DNA from: Eledone cirrhosa
Taxonomy: Eukaryota
NCBI GenBank assembly: GCA_964016885.1
Contig: OZ024742.1
Location: 149,916,001-149,980,000 of the forward strand
Length of the DNA stretch: 64,000 nucleotides
Direction of reading: 5' to 3'
Part shown: one piece after another, positions 42,160-56,946 of the stretch
How the letters are laid out: each line of letters starts with the position of its first letter
Position numbering within the stretch: position 1 is the stretch's first letter
Translations under genes and position numbers: made by a program
Notes under the pieces: generated by a model
The model's input: the letters and a program-made list of their open reading frames with translations, nothing else
Told to the model about the DNA's origin: nothing
Databases searched by the model: none

Positions 42160-42954
42160 CTCATGACCCAATTCAGAGCCTCAAAGACTGATTAGAGGGA
42201 ATGAGGATGTAATTAGTCAGAACAAAATTGGTTCCTATACAAAATTATGTTGAAAGATTTTAATTTAGCTAGGAACATTTAAAATAGTTGGTTTTGTTTC
42301 ACAGAACCAGAGCCAGTTTTGGGCAGGTTGGTATCAAAAGGTTTAAAGACATTTCAGTTATAGCAATGCCATCTCTAGGACTATATTGTCTAAAAGTGTA
42401 TTTGTTTAAAGATAGTAGATTGTATGATGAGTTAAATTTTGCTGCTGTTTGTAGCGAGATGAATGACTGTATAGAAACCTATGATCAACGACATTTTAAC
42501 CATGAGCATTTCATCACCTTATTTGAGATGGTATTGTATGATTTGAAGTAGACTTAGTAGCTATTTCTAGATAGTCAAGCAGCCACATAGCAATTCCTTC
42601 ATTTGTCTTAAGGGAAATCATATGTAATAGAGAGATCATTGTTTCTTAAACCCAATTCTCTCACAATTCTTTCACATTAGATGATTTTTTTCTTTTGTGA
42701 GGCTTCCCTCTGTGTTATAGTTTTCAATGAATAATATAAGAATATAAAAGAATATACATATGTGATTATGTTAAGCAATGAATATATAAAAAATATATCT
42801 CCATGTTGTAAAAAGCAACTAAAAGGATTGGTGTCAGCAAGGGCATCTGGCTACAAAAAAAAGTCCCATTGCACCCATGGAAAAGTCAATTTAAAAATAA
42901 TAATGATGATAATAATAATAAAGCTCTAAAACTCAGTAAATATATAGCAAATAT

Positions 42955-44020
42955 CTTCAGTGAGAAGGGTGTGCTTATTTCTTTCAGTATTACATCAAAC
43001 TGTGGCTTCATATTTGTCTTAAGGGAATTTCTATTCTCAATAATTGGTGGTATTTGGTTTTTATTACTGTTAAAGCTAAAAGTGCAGATTCACATAAATA
43101 TGTGGAAAAAAATAGAACTACAATTGCATATCCAGGCCATGTTGAAAATTAAAATTTTACATCCAGTCCCCTGCCCACAAAAACACTGAAGTTTGTTTTG
43201 TGATGTGAATTGCATGCATGACAGCTCTACAAATTCTTCTTCAGCCTTAGGAACCCCCCCCCCCCCCCAAAAAAAAAAACCGTTTGCTTTAGCTCTGAAA
43301 AAATTCTTTTAGCTACTAATACCTCTCAATGAATCATACAATAAGTGAATGTAATAATTGTATTGCTCACAGATTTAACTTTAGCTTGGAATCCTATGTC
43401 TTTCCCCATAATTGTAGCTGTGCTCTCAGTACATGCACAAATACAGTTAATGCATTCTCGAATGCCATAGTGAAGATGGATAAATTTGATTAGCTAAAAT
43501 TACTTTAAAAATTGAATCTTTAAAGGGCTGTAACTTTTATATTTAGTTCTCCAAAATTTCGTTGTGATTTCCCATAATCATCATAATCATATATCTGTGT
43601 AGAAATTTGAAATAAAATTAGACTGTTTCTTCAAATGGAAAAAAATCCCATTCTAGACTTCCTTAAAGAAATGGTTTACTTTGAGGAAAATATCTTCACC
43701 TGTTGTACAGCCATCTGATAACTACCAAAACAGCAAGTTACTGCGCATACTGCTTTCATACAAATATCTGACAAGTGCAAATATTTGAGTCACATTCATA
43801 ATGTTGACCAATTTATCTAACGCAGTTGCAAATTTAGTACTTTCTTTAAGTTGTACAAATGGTTATTGATAATTTCTGCAATACTTTAATAATATGCCAT
43901 ACCATTTGACAGAGGCACTGTTTTTTTATTTTGTCTGCATAGCATTTTCCATTAATAATTTCTATGATTCTACTTGTATCTGAAAATCCAAGTTCTTTTG
44001 CCAATCAGGTATAATTTCTT
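42955..44020 (-). pseudogene. hAT Charlie/Buster-type transposase relic
   Basis: RC peptides YADKIK.TVPLSN, KFATALD, ALVRYLYE, TTGEDIFLKVNHFF, STYLCESALLALTVIKTKY. Confidence 0.82.
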
Positions 44021-45689
44021 AAATTTTTAATTAAGTATGAGGATTCCTGTGATGCACATAAATTTTAGCATTCTCCATGCCAGTCCCACAATCCCCAATG
44101 ATGTTTATATTACTGCTTGAGGGATCATGCCTCACAGCTTAAGAACTAGGAATAAGATGAAGTGTGATACAGTATGGTGTAAAGCTGTTAAATAACAGCA
44201 GCAGTAGTAGTAGTATTAGTAATAGTAGTGGTGTGCTAAAATGTAGTTTGTGGTAAGAATTGTTGAAGATTGAAATACAAAAATAAACAGCCACCATGCT
44301 TTATTTATGAGTATTGGAACAGATAGGTCAGTGGGTGTAGTGTGAGAGAGAAACCAAGAGTGAATGCAAGGAGAGATTGATGGGTGGTAGAAAGCTGATA
44401 GTATTTTAAATAAACATATACATACATCTATATCTAGATAGGGTTCTTTAAATCAGAACGAATGCTTTATTATTATTTCTATTGCTAAAAGGCAGTGGAT
44501 TGACATTATTGGTAGAGTGTCGGGCAAAATGATTTTAGTTATGAGTTTGTATGTTCTGCATTCAAATCCCACTGAGGTCAGCTTTGCCTTTCATCCTTAC
44601 AGGGTCGATAAAGTACCAGTAACACACTGGGGTTGATTTAATCAACTTTCCCCTCACCCAAAAAATTGTTGGCCTTGTGCCTAAATCAGAAACCATTATT
44701 ACAATTGCTAAACACCCTATCACTGCTCTTGAATATACACTCATACAAAATATTAACATACATTTGAATGCACAGAAATATCCTGAGCATACATTCCCAT
44801 ATACAAAAACACATACACCCATATGCACTGACATACTCTTTTACCTGTTCCAGCCATCTGGCTGGGGCCATGCTGGGGCACCACCCTTGATCATATATGT
44901 GTGTGTGTATATATATATACATGACAATGATAATAATGATGAGTACTGCAATGATGATGATGATGCCGATGAGGATGACAGTCATTATCATCATCACTGT
45001 TTGAGCATCTATTTTCCATGCTTGCATGGGTTAAATGTGTTGCCTCACTATCAGACAATTCAGGTCACGTGACCGTGTTATGCTTCTGGCTTGATTTCTA
45101 TGGCTGGATATCCTTCGTAATGCCAACCACGTCGCAGTGTAGATTGGGTGCTTCTTTGTCATGGCACCAAAACGACCTTCTAACAGGGTGGACTGGGTGC
45201 CTTTTCATTATGGCACCAGCACATCCATCTACAGGATGGACTGGATGCTTTTAGTCATTGTCACCAACCCGACCAAATGGTGATGGTTGTCGTAATATTG
45301 ATGGGATGATGAAGGTATTGATAGTTGTACAGATGTTGGTGGTGATGATGATGATCATCATCAGCAGCAATAACAAACAGGCATTCATGTAAATATAGCT
45401 ATGAAAACACACACACACATGAAGATCTACGAATACGTTCTCAACACATGTACCCCAGATATACAACATACACATAAGCATACATGTTTATATTTAAACG
45501 AAGCTACAAATATGCAGTCACATGCCTACACACACATAGACAAAGGCATGCAAATACATTCTCAAAACATGCACATAGACACACACACACACACACAGGC
45601 ATGTACACATAAGTGACACAGATATATATATATATGGAAACATACACAATATGTTTACGTGTAATAAACATATATAATCCTGCTATGAG

Positions 45690-46235
45690 TATTTTAAGCT
45701 GTGATAGTATCACAGCTACTTTAGTAACCATGTGAAAACACCAAGTACTAGTATTTCAGGATTGTTAAACCATCACTAGTGACATTATGGAAGAAGAGAA
45801 ACTAATGCTTTTTCTATATAGATTTTGCAAATAGTACATTTTTGATGATGCTTATTTGCATTTAGCATGGATCTGATGGGTTAGTACTAAGTAGCAGATG
45901 CACTAACACAGTGTAATTCAGAATGGAGGCATATGAAAGCATATATCTTTATATATGATAAACATACATAGTCCGACTGTATTTCAAACTGTGATCATAT
46001 AACAGCTGCCTTAGTAACCATTGGAGAATGACAAATGGTAGTATTTCTGGATTGTTAATCCATCATCAATGTCACATTCACTCTGTACTAAGAAAAGCTA
46101 ATACTTCTTATATATAGATTTAGCAATCAATACATCTTTGATGATTCTTATTTGTATTTAATGCTAGTATTAATTAACAGTAGCACTAACAGTGTGATTC
46201 AGAGAGGTGGTATATAAAAAGCGTATATACAATGT
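45690..46235. repeat. Diverged ~290-bp tandem duplication
   Basis: Collinear blocks CTGTGAT..ACAGCT..TTAGTAACCAT, TAGTATTTC.GGATTGTTAA, TATATAGATTT, TTTGATGAT.CTTATTTG, GCACTAACA occur twice. Confidence 0.8.
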
Positions 46236-46267
46236 TTATGTCATCGTCAACATCATTGTCATCATCT

Positions 46268-46830
46268 TGACTCTTTTGCTCCCTCCAACATCAAAGATGC
46301 TGTGGTAAATGTGAGGGTCACTGCTTCCATTGCCAAATGGAAGAAAATCTGAAAATACCAGGAACTATCAAACAATTATTTTTTCTGGTCTGTGGCATTC
46401 AAAACGTTTGGTGGAGTTGGGCCGCTGTCATCAAAGTTCTTATTGTTGGTGGCTCACTTTATTCAGATGTCAAGTGATACCCATGAGGGTGCCTGGTTGT
46501 TTCAGCACCACGGCCTTGCCATCACTTGTGGTAATGCTGTGAGCATGTTGGCTTGCCTCAAAAATTTCCATTGACCCTTGTGGTGTGTGACCGATTGTCA
46601 CACTTGGTGGTAAATTGATAGCCAGTTTTGTTTTTGTTTCCCTATTTTTTTTCTTTCTCTCACTTTGGTCCTATATTTTGGTGCATTGTATTTGTAAGGT
46701 TCCTACCAATAGTTAATTGTATTTATTAGGTGTGTATATATTTGTGTTTATGTTCTCATTCTGAAAGAATTGTGAACAATTTGTAATGTTTTTATACAAT
46801 TGTGAATAAAAGATACCTCATAATAAAACA
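46268..46830 (+). mobile_element. CRE-like non-LTR retrotransposon 3' end (RLE domain plus T-rich 3' UTR)
   Basis: DSFAPSN...KYQELS.NYFF.SVAFKTFGGVGP...WLFQHHGLAITCGNAVSML, stop at 46574, AATAAA near 46806-46827. Confidence 0.8.
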
Positions 46831-47299
46831 TTATTCACATGTGTATTTATTCCTATTGAGGTTATCGGTGGTAGACGTTGTGGTTTTTTTTTAGCCCCTG
46901 GACAATTATGATCCAGGAGATCTATGATAGAAGGTATGTTTGTTATACATAAACATTGTATGTGCTTCTACATATGACTTCATTCTGAATCACTGTGTTA
47001 GCACTACTGCTAATTAAACTGACACATATGCACATATTCACATACCTACATAAACACATTCTCTCAACAATCAAAACACCCACACATGTACATTTACACA
47101 TACATACATACAAAACATATGGCAACCCCTTTACAAACAAGTAAAACCACACACAGATGTACTCAAACATACATATTTAATACATACTGGGAATGACATG
47201 CAGTAGCATACAAAAACCAACAAACTTCTTATCCACCTATGTTTCTTATATATATATATATATATATATATTTTACATACATACATATATATATATCTG

Positions 47300-47336
<37 letters not shown>

Positions 47337-47364
47337 ACATACATACATATATATATATCTGTAT

Positions 47365-47396
<32 letters not shown>

Positions 47397-47855
47397 TTTA
47401 CATACATATACATCTGTATTATATATATATATATATATTTTACATACATCTGTATTATATATATATATATATATATATATAGCAACATGAAAGAGTCATA
47501 CACACACAGACACACCATTAAACATGTGTATGCACATTTAGACACCCCCAGCAAAGCAGACACACACAGAGCAATACATTGGTGTATACACAACTTGTTG
47601 CTATGGCAGCCCAGCACCACTATAGAAAAAAGCTAGCATCACTAATAGATTTCACATCCATATTAAGTGTAGCATTAATCTGTTTAGGGCAGACACCATA
47701 CTTCAGTACATCATCATCATCATCATCGTCATCACTATCATTGTTCAACAATTTGTTGATGGTATTCTACTTGTTACTGGCTCGCCAGAGTGGGAAGAAA
47801 CAACACATACAAGTATGCATACATATATGTATTAATACATGCATCCATACATATA

Positions 47856-47957
<102 letters not shown>

Positions 47958-48399
47958 CATATATATACATGTATGCATACATATATGTATTAATACATGC
48001 ATCCATCCATCCATACATATATATATATATATGCATACATATCTAACTATATATATTTGCACCTATACATTGCCACATACATACAAATGCATACGTGAAT
48101 ATATAACATACATGCATACATACATTTATGCATATGTGCCTAGCTATTTATACATAGTATGTGTACATACAAACATAACCACACACATATGTATACATAC
48201 ATGCATGCACACATGTCTAGTTATTTATAATATATACATCTACATGTATAGTTAGACACATATGCACACTAATATACACAAACACAACCTACTTTCTATA
48301 TGTAAATATTCCTACTAAGTGATCAAGTTGGTTTGTACTGATTATGATACACAGATGAGGTCCTATGATGTTGAAATATGTCCATTACTAGTAAAGTCA

Positions 48400-51300
48400 C
48401 CCAGAGACACCCAGGGACACACAATGTCATCCAGAGACACACAGTGACATCCAGAGACACACAGGGTCATCCAGAGACACACAGTGACATCCAAAGACAT
48501 ACAGTGTTATCCAGAGACACACAGTGACCTCCAGAGACACACAGTGACCTCCAGAGACACACAGTAACATCCAGAGACGCACAGTGTCATCCAGAGACAC
48601 ACAGTGACATCCAGAGACACACAGTGACATCCAAAGACACACAGTGACATCCAAAGACACACAGTGACATCCAAAGACACACAGTGTCATCCAGAGACAC
48701 ACAGTGTCATCCAGAGACACACAGTGTCATCCAGAGACACACAGTGTCATCCAGAGACACACAGTGTCATCCAGAGACACACAGTGTCATCAAGAGACAC
48801 ACAGTGTCATCCAGAGACACACAGTGTCATCCAGAGACACACAGTGTCATCCAGAGACACACAGTGTCATCCAGAGACACACAGTGTCATCCAGAGACAC
48901 ACAGTGTCATCAAGAGACACACAATGTCATCCAGAGACACACAATGTCATCCAGAGACGCACAGTGACATCCAGAGACGCACAGTGACATCCAGAGACGC
49001 ACAGTGACATCCAGAGACACACAATGTCATCCAGAGACACACAATGACATCCAGAGATACACAGGGTCGGCCAGAGACACACAGTGATACCCAGAGATAC
49101 ACAGGGACACCCAGAGGTACACAGGGACACCCAGAGGTACACAGGGACACCCAGAGGTACACAGGGACACCCAGAGGTACACAGGGACAACCAGAGGTAC
49201 ACAGGGACAACCAGAGGTACACAGGGACAACCAGAGGTACACAGGGACAACCAGAGGTACACAGGGACAACCAGAGGTACACAGGGACAACCAGAGGTAC
49301 ACAGGGACAACCAGAGGCACACAGGGACAACCAGAGACACACAGTGACACCCAGAGATACACAGGGACAGCCAGAGACACCCAGAGACATACAGTAACGG
49401 CCAGAGACACACAGGGACAACCAGAGACACACAGGGACAACCAGAGACACACAGGGACAGCCAGAGACACACAGTAACGGCCAGAGACACACAGGGACAA
49501 CCAGAGACACACAGGGACAACCAGAGACACACAGGGACAACCAGAGACACACAGGGACAACCAGAGACACACAGGGACAACCAGAGACACACAGGGACAA
49601 CCAGAGACACACAGTGACAACCAGAGACACACAGTGACAGCCAGAGACACACAGGGACAACCAGAGACACACAGTGACAGCCAGAGATACTGTGTGTCTC
49701 TGGTTGTCCCTGTGTGTCTCTGGTTGTCACTGTGTGTTGTGTGTCTCTGGTTGTCCCTGTGTGTCTCTGGTTGTCCCTGTGTGTCTCTGGTTGTCCCTGT
49801 GTGTCTCTGGTTGTCATGTCACTGTGTGTTGTGTGTCTCTGGGTGTCCCTGTGTTCGCTGGATGTCCCTGTGTGTCCCTGTGTGTCCCTGTGTGTCCCTG
49901 TGTGTCCCTGTGTGTCCCTGTGTGTCCCTGTGTGTCCCTGTGTGTCTCTGTGTGTCTCTGTGTGTCTCTGTGTGTCTCTGTGTGTCACTGTGTGTCACTG
50001 TGTGTCACTGTGTGTCTCTGCGTGTCTCTGCGTGTCTCTGCGTGTCTCTGCGTGTCTCTGCGTGTCTCTGCGTGTCTCTGCGTGTCTCTGCGTGTCTCTG
50101 CGTGTCTCTGCGTGTCTCTGCGTGTCTCTGCGTGTCTCTGCGTGTCTCTGCGTGTCTCTGCGTGTCTCTGCGTGTCACTGCGTGTCACTGCGTGTCACTG
50201 CGTGTCACTGCGTGTCTCTGGGTGTCACTGTGTCTCTGGGTGTCACTGTGTGTCTCTGGGTGTCACTGTGTGTCTCTGGGTGTCACTGTGTGTCTCTGGT
50301 TGTCACTGTGTGTCTCTGGTTGTCACTGTGTGTCTCTGGTTGTCACTGTGTGTCTCTGGTTGTCACTGTGTGTCTCTGGTTGTCACTGTGTGTCTCTTGT
50401 CACTGTGTGTCTCTTGTTGTCACTGTGTGTCTCTGGTTGTCACTGTGTGTCTCTGGTTGTCACTGTGTCTCTGGTTGTCACTGTGTGTCTCTGGTTGTCA
50501 CTGTGTGTCTCTGGTTGTCACTGTGTGTCTCTGGTTGTCACTGTGTGTCTCTGGTTGTCACTGTGTGTCTCTGGTTGTCACTATGTGTCTCTGGCTGTCC
50601 CTGTGTCTCTGGCTGTCCCTGTGTGTCTGGCTGTCCCTGTGTGTCTCCGGCTGTCACTGTGTGTCTCTGTTTGTCACTGTGTGTCTCTGTTTGTCACTGT
50701 GTGTCTCTGGTTGTCACTGTGTGTCTCTGGTTGTCACTGTGTGTCTCTGGTTGTCACTGTGTGTCTCTGGTTGTCACTGTGTGAATTTGGTTGTCACACG
50801 GTGACAACCAGAGACACACATTGACAGCCAGAGACACACAGTGACAGCCAGTGACAGCCAGAGACACACAGTGACAGCCAGAGACACACAGCGACAGCCA
50901 GAGACACACAGTGACAGCCAGAGATACACAGGGACAACCAGAGACACACAGTGACAACCAGAGACACACAGTGACAACCAGAGACACACAGTGACAACCA
51001 GAGACACACAGGGACGGCCAGAGACACACAGTGACAACCAGAGAGACACAGTGACAACCAGAGACACACAATGACAACCAGAGACACACAGTGACAACCA
51101 GAGACACACAGTGACAACAAGAGACACACAGTGACAACAAGAGACACACAGTGACAACAAGAGACACACAGGGACGGCCAGAGACACACAGGGACGGCCA
51201 GAGACACACAGGGACATCCAGAGACACACATAGACACACAGAGACACACAATGACACCCAGAGACACACAGTGACACCCAGAGACACACAGTGACACCCA

Positions 51301-51870
51301 GAGACATACAGTGACATCCAGAGACATACAGTGACATCCAGAGACATACAGTGACATCCAGAGACACACAGAGACATCCAGAGACACACAGAGACACACA
51401 ATGACACCCAGAGACACACAGTGACACCCAGAGACACACAGTGACACCCAGAGACATACAGTGACATCCAGAGACACACAGTGACATCCAGAGACACACA
51501 GTGACATCCAGAGACACACAGTGACATCCAGAGACACACAGTGACATCCAGAGACACACAATGACACCCAGAGACACACAATGACACCCAGAGACACACA
51601 ATGACACCCAGAGACACACAGTGACACCCAGAGACACACAGTGACAACCAGAGACACACAGTGACAACCAGAGACACACTGACACCCAGAGACACACAGG
51701 GACATCCAGAGACACACAGTGACACCCATAGACACAGTGACAGCCAGAAACACACAGGGACGGCCAGAGACTCACAGGGACAGCCAGAGACTCACAGGGA
51801 CAGCCAGAGACTCACAGGGACAGCCAGAGACTCACAGGGACAGCCAGAGACTCACAGGGACAGCCAGATA
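48400..51870. repeat. 20-bp minisatellite (CCAGAGACACACAGTGACAT-type) with an internal ~1.1-kb inverted block (~49691-50797)
   Basis: Direct reading; the central block reads TGTCACTGTGTGTCTCTGG and contains 10-bp half-unit arrays. Confidence 0.97.
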
Positions 51871-53314
51871 TACAGATACACACATAAATAGAGAGCCTTC
51901 ATATCTTTATACCCTATAGATTTTGAAAGAGTAGACATAGTGACATAAAAACCTAAATATACTTTCTCTCACACACACACACTTATATGATTAAGAAATT
52001 TGTTTTCCAGCAATGTGGCTCTGATGTGGTTTGATTCCATTGTGCAATGCCTTAGGCAATTGTTCTTTATCATAGACAGGTGTTGCCCAAAGCGAGTGAA
52101 ATTTAGTAACTGGAGAAAGTGCATCAGGGAGGGGTAGTGTGTGACTTACTGTGATAATTTTGAGACAAACCCTTTATGATAACTAGCTGATAATGTTAAG
52201 CAGGGAATTTAACAATACTTGAAGCTTATGCTCTAAAAAGCACATTTTAATGTATAAAAAAGCATACAGCCTGCACTGTAAAGTGGTTGTGTGGGTGTCA
52301 CAACAAAACGCACCCAGCACACACTGTAAATGTGGTGGTTGGCATTCAGAAGGGCATCCAGCCTTAGAAATCTAGCCAGAAACAGTTCTATATGAGCAAG
52401 ACACAGTCAGGTGACCCAACTTGCCTCTAATGGAACAACCCGTCTAAGCCATGCCAGCATGGAAAATGGATGTTAAATGATGATGATGATAATTGTTTCT
52501 ACTTTTGGCACAAGGCCAGCAATTATGCTAGTGAATTACTGGTGCTTTATCTTATCGACCCCGAAACGATGAAAGGCAAAGTTAACCCCAGCAGGATTTG
52601 AATTTAGACCATAAAGGGCCACTGATAATAATAATAATCATATCCATTTTTTTCATGATGACATGGATTAGATGGTGTGTCTATCAGCATGAGATGACAG
52701 AGTTAATGTGGCAAACAAAAATATTTTTTGGTATTTGGCTACATCCTTATATGCCAAGTTTGATTCTTCTTCTCATCCTTATTCAAGTTGATAAAATAAT
52801 TACTTAAAGTACTGAAACTGATTTAATAAGCTAAAAATCTAGAAGCTTATGTTCTGACATACTATCTGATCATGTAGTCTTTAGCTAATGCTGTTAACAT
52901 CCTGTACAACATATAACAGCATTAGCTAAACATTCTTGAAAAAAATACAAAACACCACAATGATTGCATCACCTAAAAAATTAAAGACTTTAATCTAATA
53001 TCACATATTTTCACAATGATCTGTTCAACAATAGAGATACTATAAACATCTGAATTAACAAACCTGTTTTAAGACATTTTCTGCTAAATTCTAACAGGAT
53101 GTTCAGAGTTAAAACAGTATATTAACAATATGTAAAAACAGTATGTAACAATATGGCCCAAGGAATCTAGGTATTCTCTGGTAGTATCAATGTTTCTTGC
53201 TACCACTGAATGTTGTGATACATTCAGAATATGTAAAGATCAGGGTGATCTCCAGTTAAGAGTTAATGAAAAGAGGTAGTGTCCCACAGTCCAAGTTGTA
53301 TAGTAATTATAAAA

Positions 53315-53700
53315 ATTGTTTCTACTTTAGGCACAGGGCCAGGAATTTGAAGGGGAGGGGAATGTTGATTAAATTGACCCCAGTACATTACTTGTGCTTT
53401 ATTTTATTGACCCTATAAGGATGAAAAGCAAAGCTAACCTCAGTGGGAATTAAACTCAGAACATAAAGGGCCGCAACTCTATGCTGCGAAGCATGGTATC
53501 CGATGATCTACCGATACTGCCAAAACACCGCCCTAATAATAATAATAACAATAACAATAATACTGGTTTCTGATTTAGGTACAAAGCCAACAATTTTTTG
53601 GGAAAGGGAAAGTCAATTAAATCAACCCGAGTGCATTACTGGTACTTTATTTTATCGACCCCGTAAGGATGAAAGGCAAAGTTTACATTGGCAGGATTGG
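53315..53700 (-). mobile_element. Two tRNA-derived SINE copies
   Basis: Reverse-complement SINE hallmarks GGATGAAAGGCAAAG and ATCGACCCCGTAAGG. Confidence 0.8.
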
Positions 53701-55384
53701 ACATATGCAAACATAAAAAGACTATGACGATGTTCATCATCATATGTGTGTTTGTGTGTGCGTGTGTGCGCGTGTGCGTGTGTAAACAAAAATGTACTTC
53801 ATTAATTTACTGAATGCTTCAAGAAAACGAAGTTATCACGCACGGGATGGAATCTGGAAAGTTCTTTGATCTTCCCTTTTGATAAGAATAAATATGGAAT
53901 GAATATTAATTTATAACGCAAGTACAAATTGGATACTTAGCGGGATGGAAGGTGGTAGCCTTTTAATTAGCTATAGTATTTAACTGGGTCTTGTTTTGAT
54001 AATCTAGGGTTAAGAACCTTAGTTACATCCACCAGCATGATTTGAAATTGGAATGTAAAGGGAGTAATGCTGTATCTGCCATCCTCTGTCCTAATTTGGA
54101 ACAAATATAAAACGTGTTTCGGAGGTGATATCTGCCACCTGCATTCAGTGTAGCATGGTGCAATATTTAGGTAAAAAGCACAGTCTGCTGATACTGTTTA
54201 TATAAACCTATAACGATGTAAATGAGATAAAACTCATTGACACCCTGCTGGTATAATGTTAAATGTATTTGGTTTACTTATGTCTGTGATGTAGATTTGA
54301 TTCTCAGTTGGTTCTCATCAGTTTTCCTAATTATCTACATACATCTGATGAAAAAGGAGGTGAATCAGATAGAAAACTGGAATGAATACAGCAAAGCATT
54401 CTGAGTTCAAATTCCATTGAAGTCAACTTTGCATTTTGTCCTTTCAAGGTTGATAAAAAAAGTACCAGTCATGTACTGACCAGATATTTCCACTATATCT
54501 CTTTCTTACTTCCTCTCCATCACTCTCTCCCTCTCTGGAAGAAATTGGCTGTGTTCAGGCTTGGTTTAAAATGCTTGGTTTAAAATGCCAGGTTTAAAAT
54601 GTCCATGCAACCATAACCAGAGGTTACATGTATGTATATACGTCTTAGCTGAAGATGATATCAGAGCTGCTAATCTATGACTCAAACAGCTGTAGGTTCA
54701 TGTCCTGCCATCTTGCAGGACATGATCTGCACTGAAAAGTCTTGCTTTAGTTTGTGTTGATAGAGTAAAATAGATCTCTGTTGGTTTCAACAATGAGTAT
54801 TCCAGTAACTCAATCAACAGAACAGCCTGCTAATGAAATGAACCTGTAAATAGTAGCTGGGCACTCTACTGATGTGTGGATAGATAAATACATCATTTTT
54901 AGGGAGATTCGGTATATTACATTGTATGACAAGGTCAGCCCTTTGAATTACAGATACAGTCCATTCAATGGGCTTCTAAACAATTTCCATCTGCTCAGCT
55001 TCAATCACAAGGCAAGGGTCAACCCAAGGCTGCAGTAAAAGACACCAAGATTCCAGGCAGTGGGATGAGACTCTTTGGCCATGCTGTGTCCACAGTACAA
55101 TGAGACTCTTTGGCCATGCTGTGTCCACAGTACAATGAGGCAAAACTAAAATGTGCTCTCCAGGATGCAAGCCATATAAAGGCTGTATAGAAACCAAGAA
55201 GTAACAGTAACAACTCTCCTGTATCTATCACATATTCTATGTGCTTAGAATGCAACTAACAGGCCCTAATCAGATAAGGTATTGTACAGGTAATTTTGCA
55301 AGACGAAACAACATTGCATTTATAAATTCAGGGAGAGGAATGCTTTCCATAAATTCAAGGTGGCTATCAATGCACCATCTATTC

Positions 55385-55749
55385 ATTTCTATATCTCTAT
55401 ATCAATGTATCTATCTCTATGTACCTATATATCTCTATCTACCTATATATCCCTCTATGTACCCATCTATCTCTCTATTACCTATCTATCTCTCTATGTA
55501 CCTATCTATCTCTCTATCTACCTATATATCTCTATGTACCTATATATATATATATGTACCTCTATATATATCTATATCCTATATATATATATCTATGTAC
55601 CTCTATATATATCTATGTACCTATATATATCTATGTACCTATATATATCTATGTACCTATATATATCTATATCTATGTACCTCTATATATATCTATGTAC
55701 CTATATATATATATATATATCTATGTACCTCTATATATATCTATGTACC

Positions 55750-55787
<38 letters not shown>

Positions 55788-55795
55788 TCTATCTC
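55385..55795. repeat. CTATGTACCT(AT)n minisatellite
   Basis: Direct reading. Confidence 0.9.
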
Positions 55796-56792
55796 TTACG
55801 TTCACACAGAGACTGACATGAACAATGATTCTGTAACTTGGTTAATTTATCTATCTATGTTAATGGAGTCATTTAGGTAGGGGGCGGACATGGAAATTTA
55901 TATGTAATTTCAACTAAATTACACTGAATATCTGATGACATTCAGATATTGGTGTCTCTAGGTTTTTGTTTTTGTGTGTGTGAATGTGTACGGGCATATG
56001 TATATCTGTGTGCCTCTGTGTATGTGTGTGTGTGTGTGTGTGCCTGTGTGTGTGTATGTGTGCATTTGCGTGTGTATGTGTGTATGTATGTTGCGTGAGT
56101 ACCTGTGTGTTGTGTGTATGTGTATATATACCTGTGCCTGTGGCTATGCATCTGTGCCTGTATGTGTGTATGTATCTGTGCATCTGTGTGCATGTGTGTG
56201 CATCTGTATGTATCTGTGCATCGGTGTGCATGTGTGTGTGAATGTGTGCGTATGTCTGTGTGTGTATATGTTCAAGTATGAGGAACAGGATGCAAAGAAT
56301 CTCCAAATCTAGATTATCAACATGTGCACATAAAGATATGAATATTCCCCAACATGGCTTTCACTCTAATGATTAACACACACATGCATGTAGTAATTAA
56401 AGTAATTAGCTAAAATGTGAACTCTTAATTACATAGAAATCATTAAAAAAATAATTACAAAAACTATTACAAAAACAATGTAATAATGGTCATTTTGAAT
56501 CCTGTTACTTTTACTAGACTATTACACACTGTTGTATGTAAGTGGAAGTATTTAAAAGAGCTATGTTGCCATATTAATGGGTTAACATATATAAGTTTTA
56601 CAGCCTAAACGAGAAGGACTCATTGGATAACAGCCTGATATATATGCTATCTGGATAAAAGAAGGGGATGATGGTTACAATTGAAACGTTTTTATTTTAT
56701 CACAGGTCTGCTCAATCAGGGTTTATCTGGAATAAACAACAAGAACAGAGATGAGGTAGCTAGCTTATGATAGAATTCTGATTATTAAACTA

Positions 56793-56946
56793 AGGAAGAC
56801 CTGGGCAGATGTAGTAAAAGCAGAACTGGGGAAAGTGAACCTTGCAAAGGGAAGAACAATGGAAAGGTACAAGCTGAGAGAGGCTATACTAGAAATGACT
56901 CATCTTACCAATGCAGGCATGTAAAAATGGCTGCAAAAATGATGAT
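56793..56946 (+). mobile_element. Old RTE 3' end
   Basis: RKTWADVVKAEL..., followed by CCAATGCAGGCATGTAAAAATGG..ATGATGAT. Confidence 0.6.

Noticed and set aside
48427-51919. Long Cys/Val-rich and RDTQ-repeat ORFs
   Set aside because: They are translations of the 20-bp minisatellite, open in several frames on both strands
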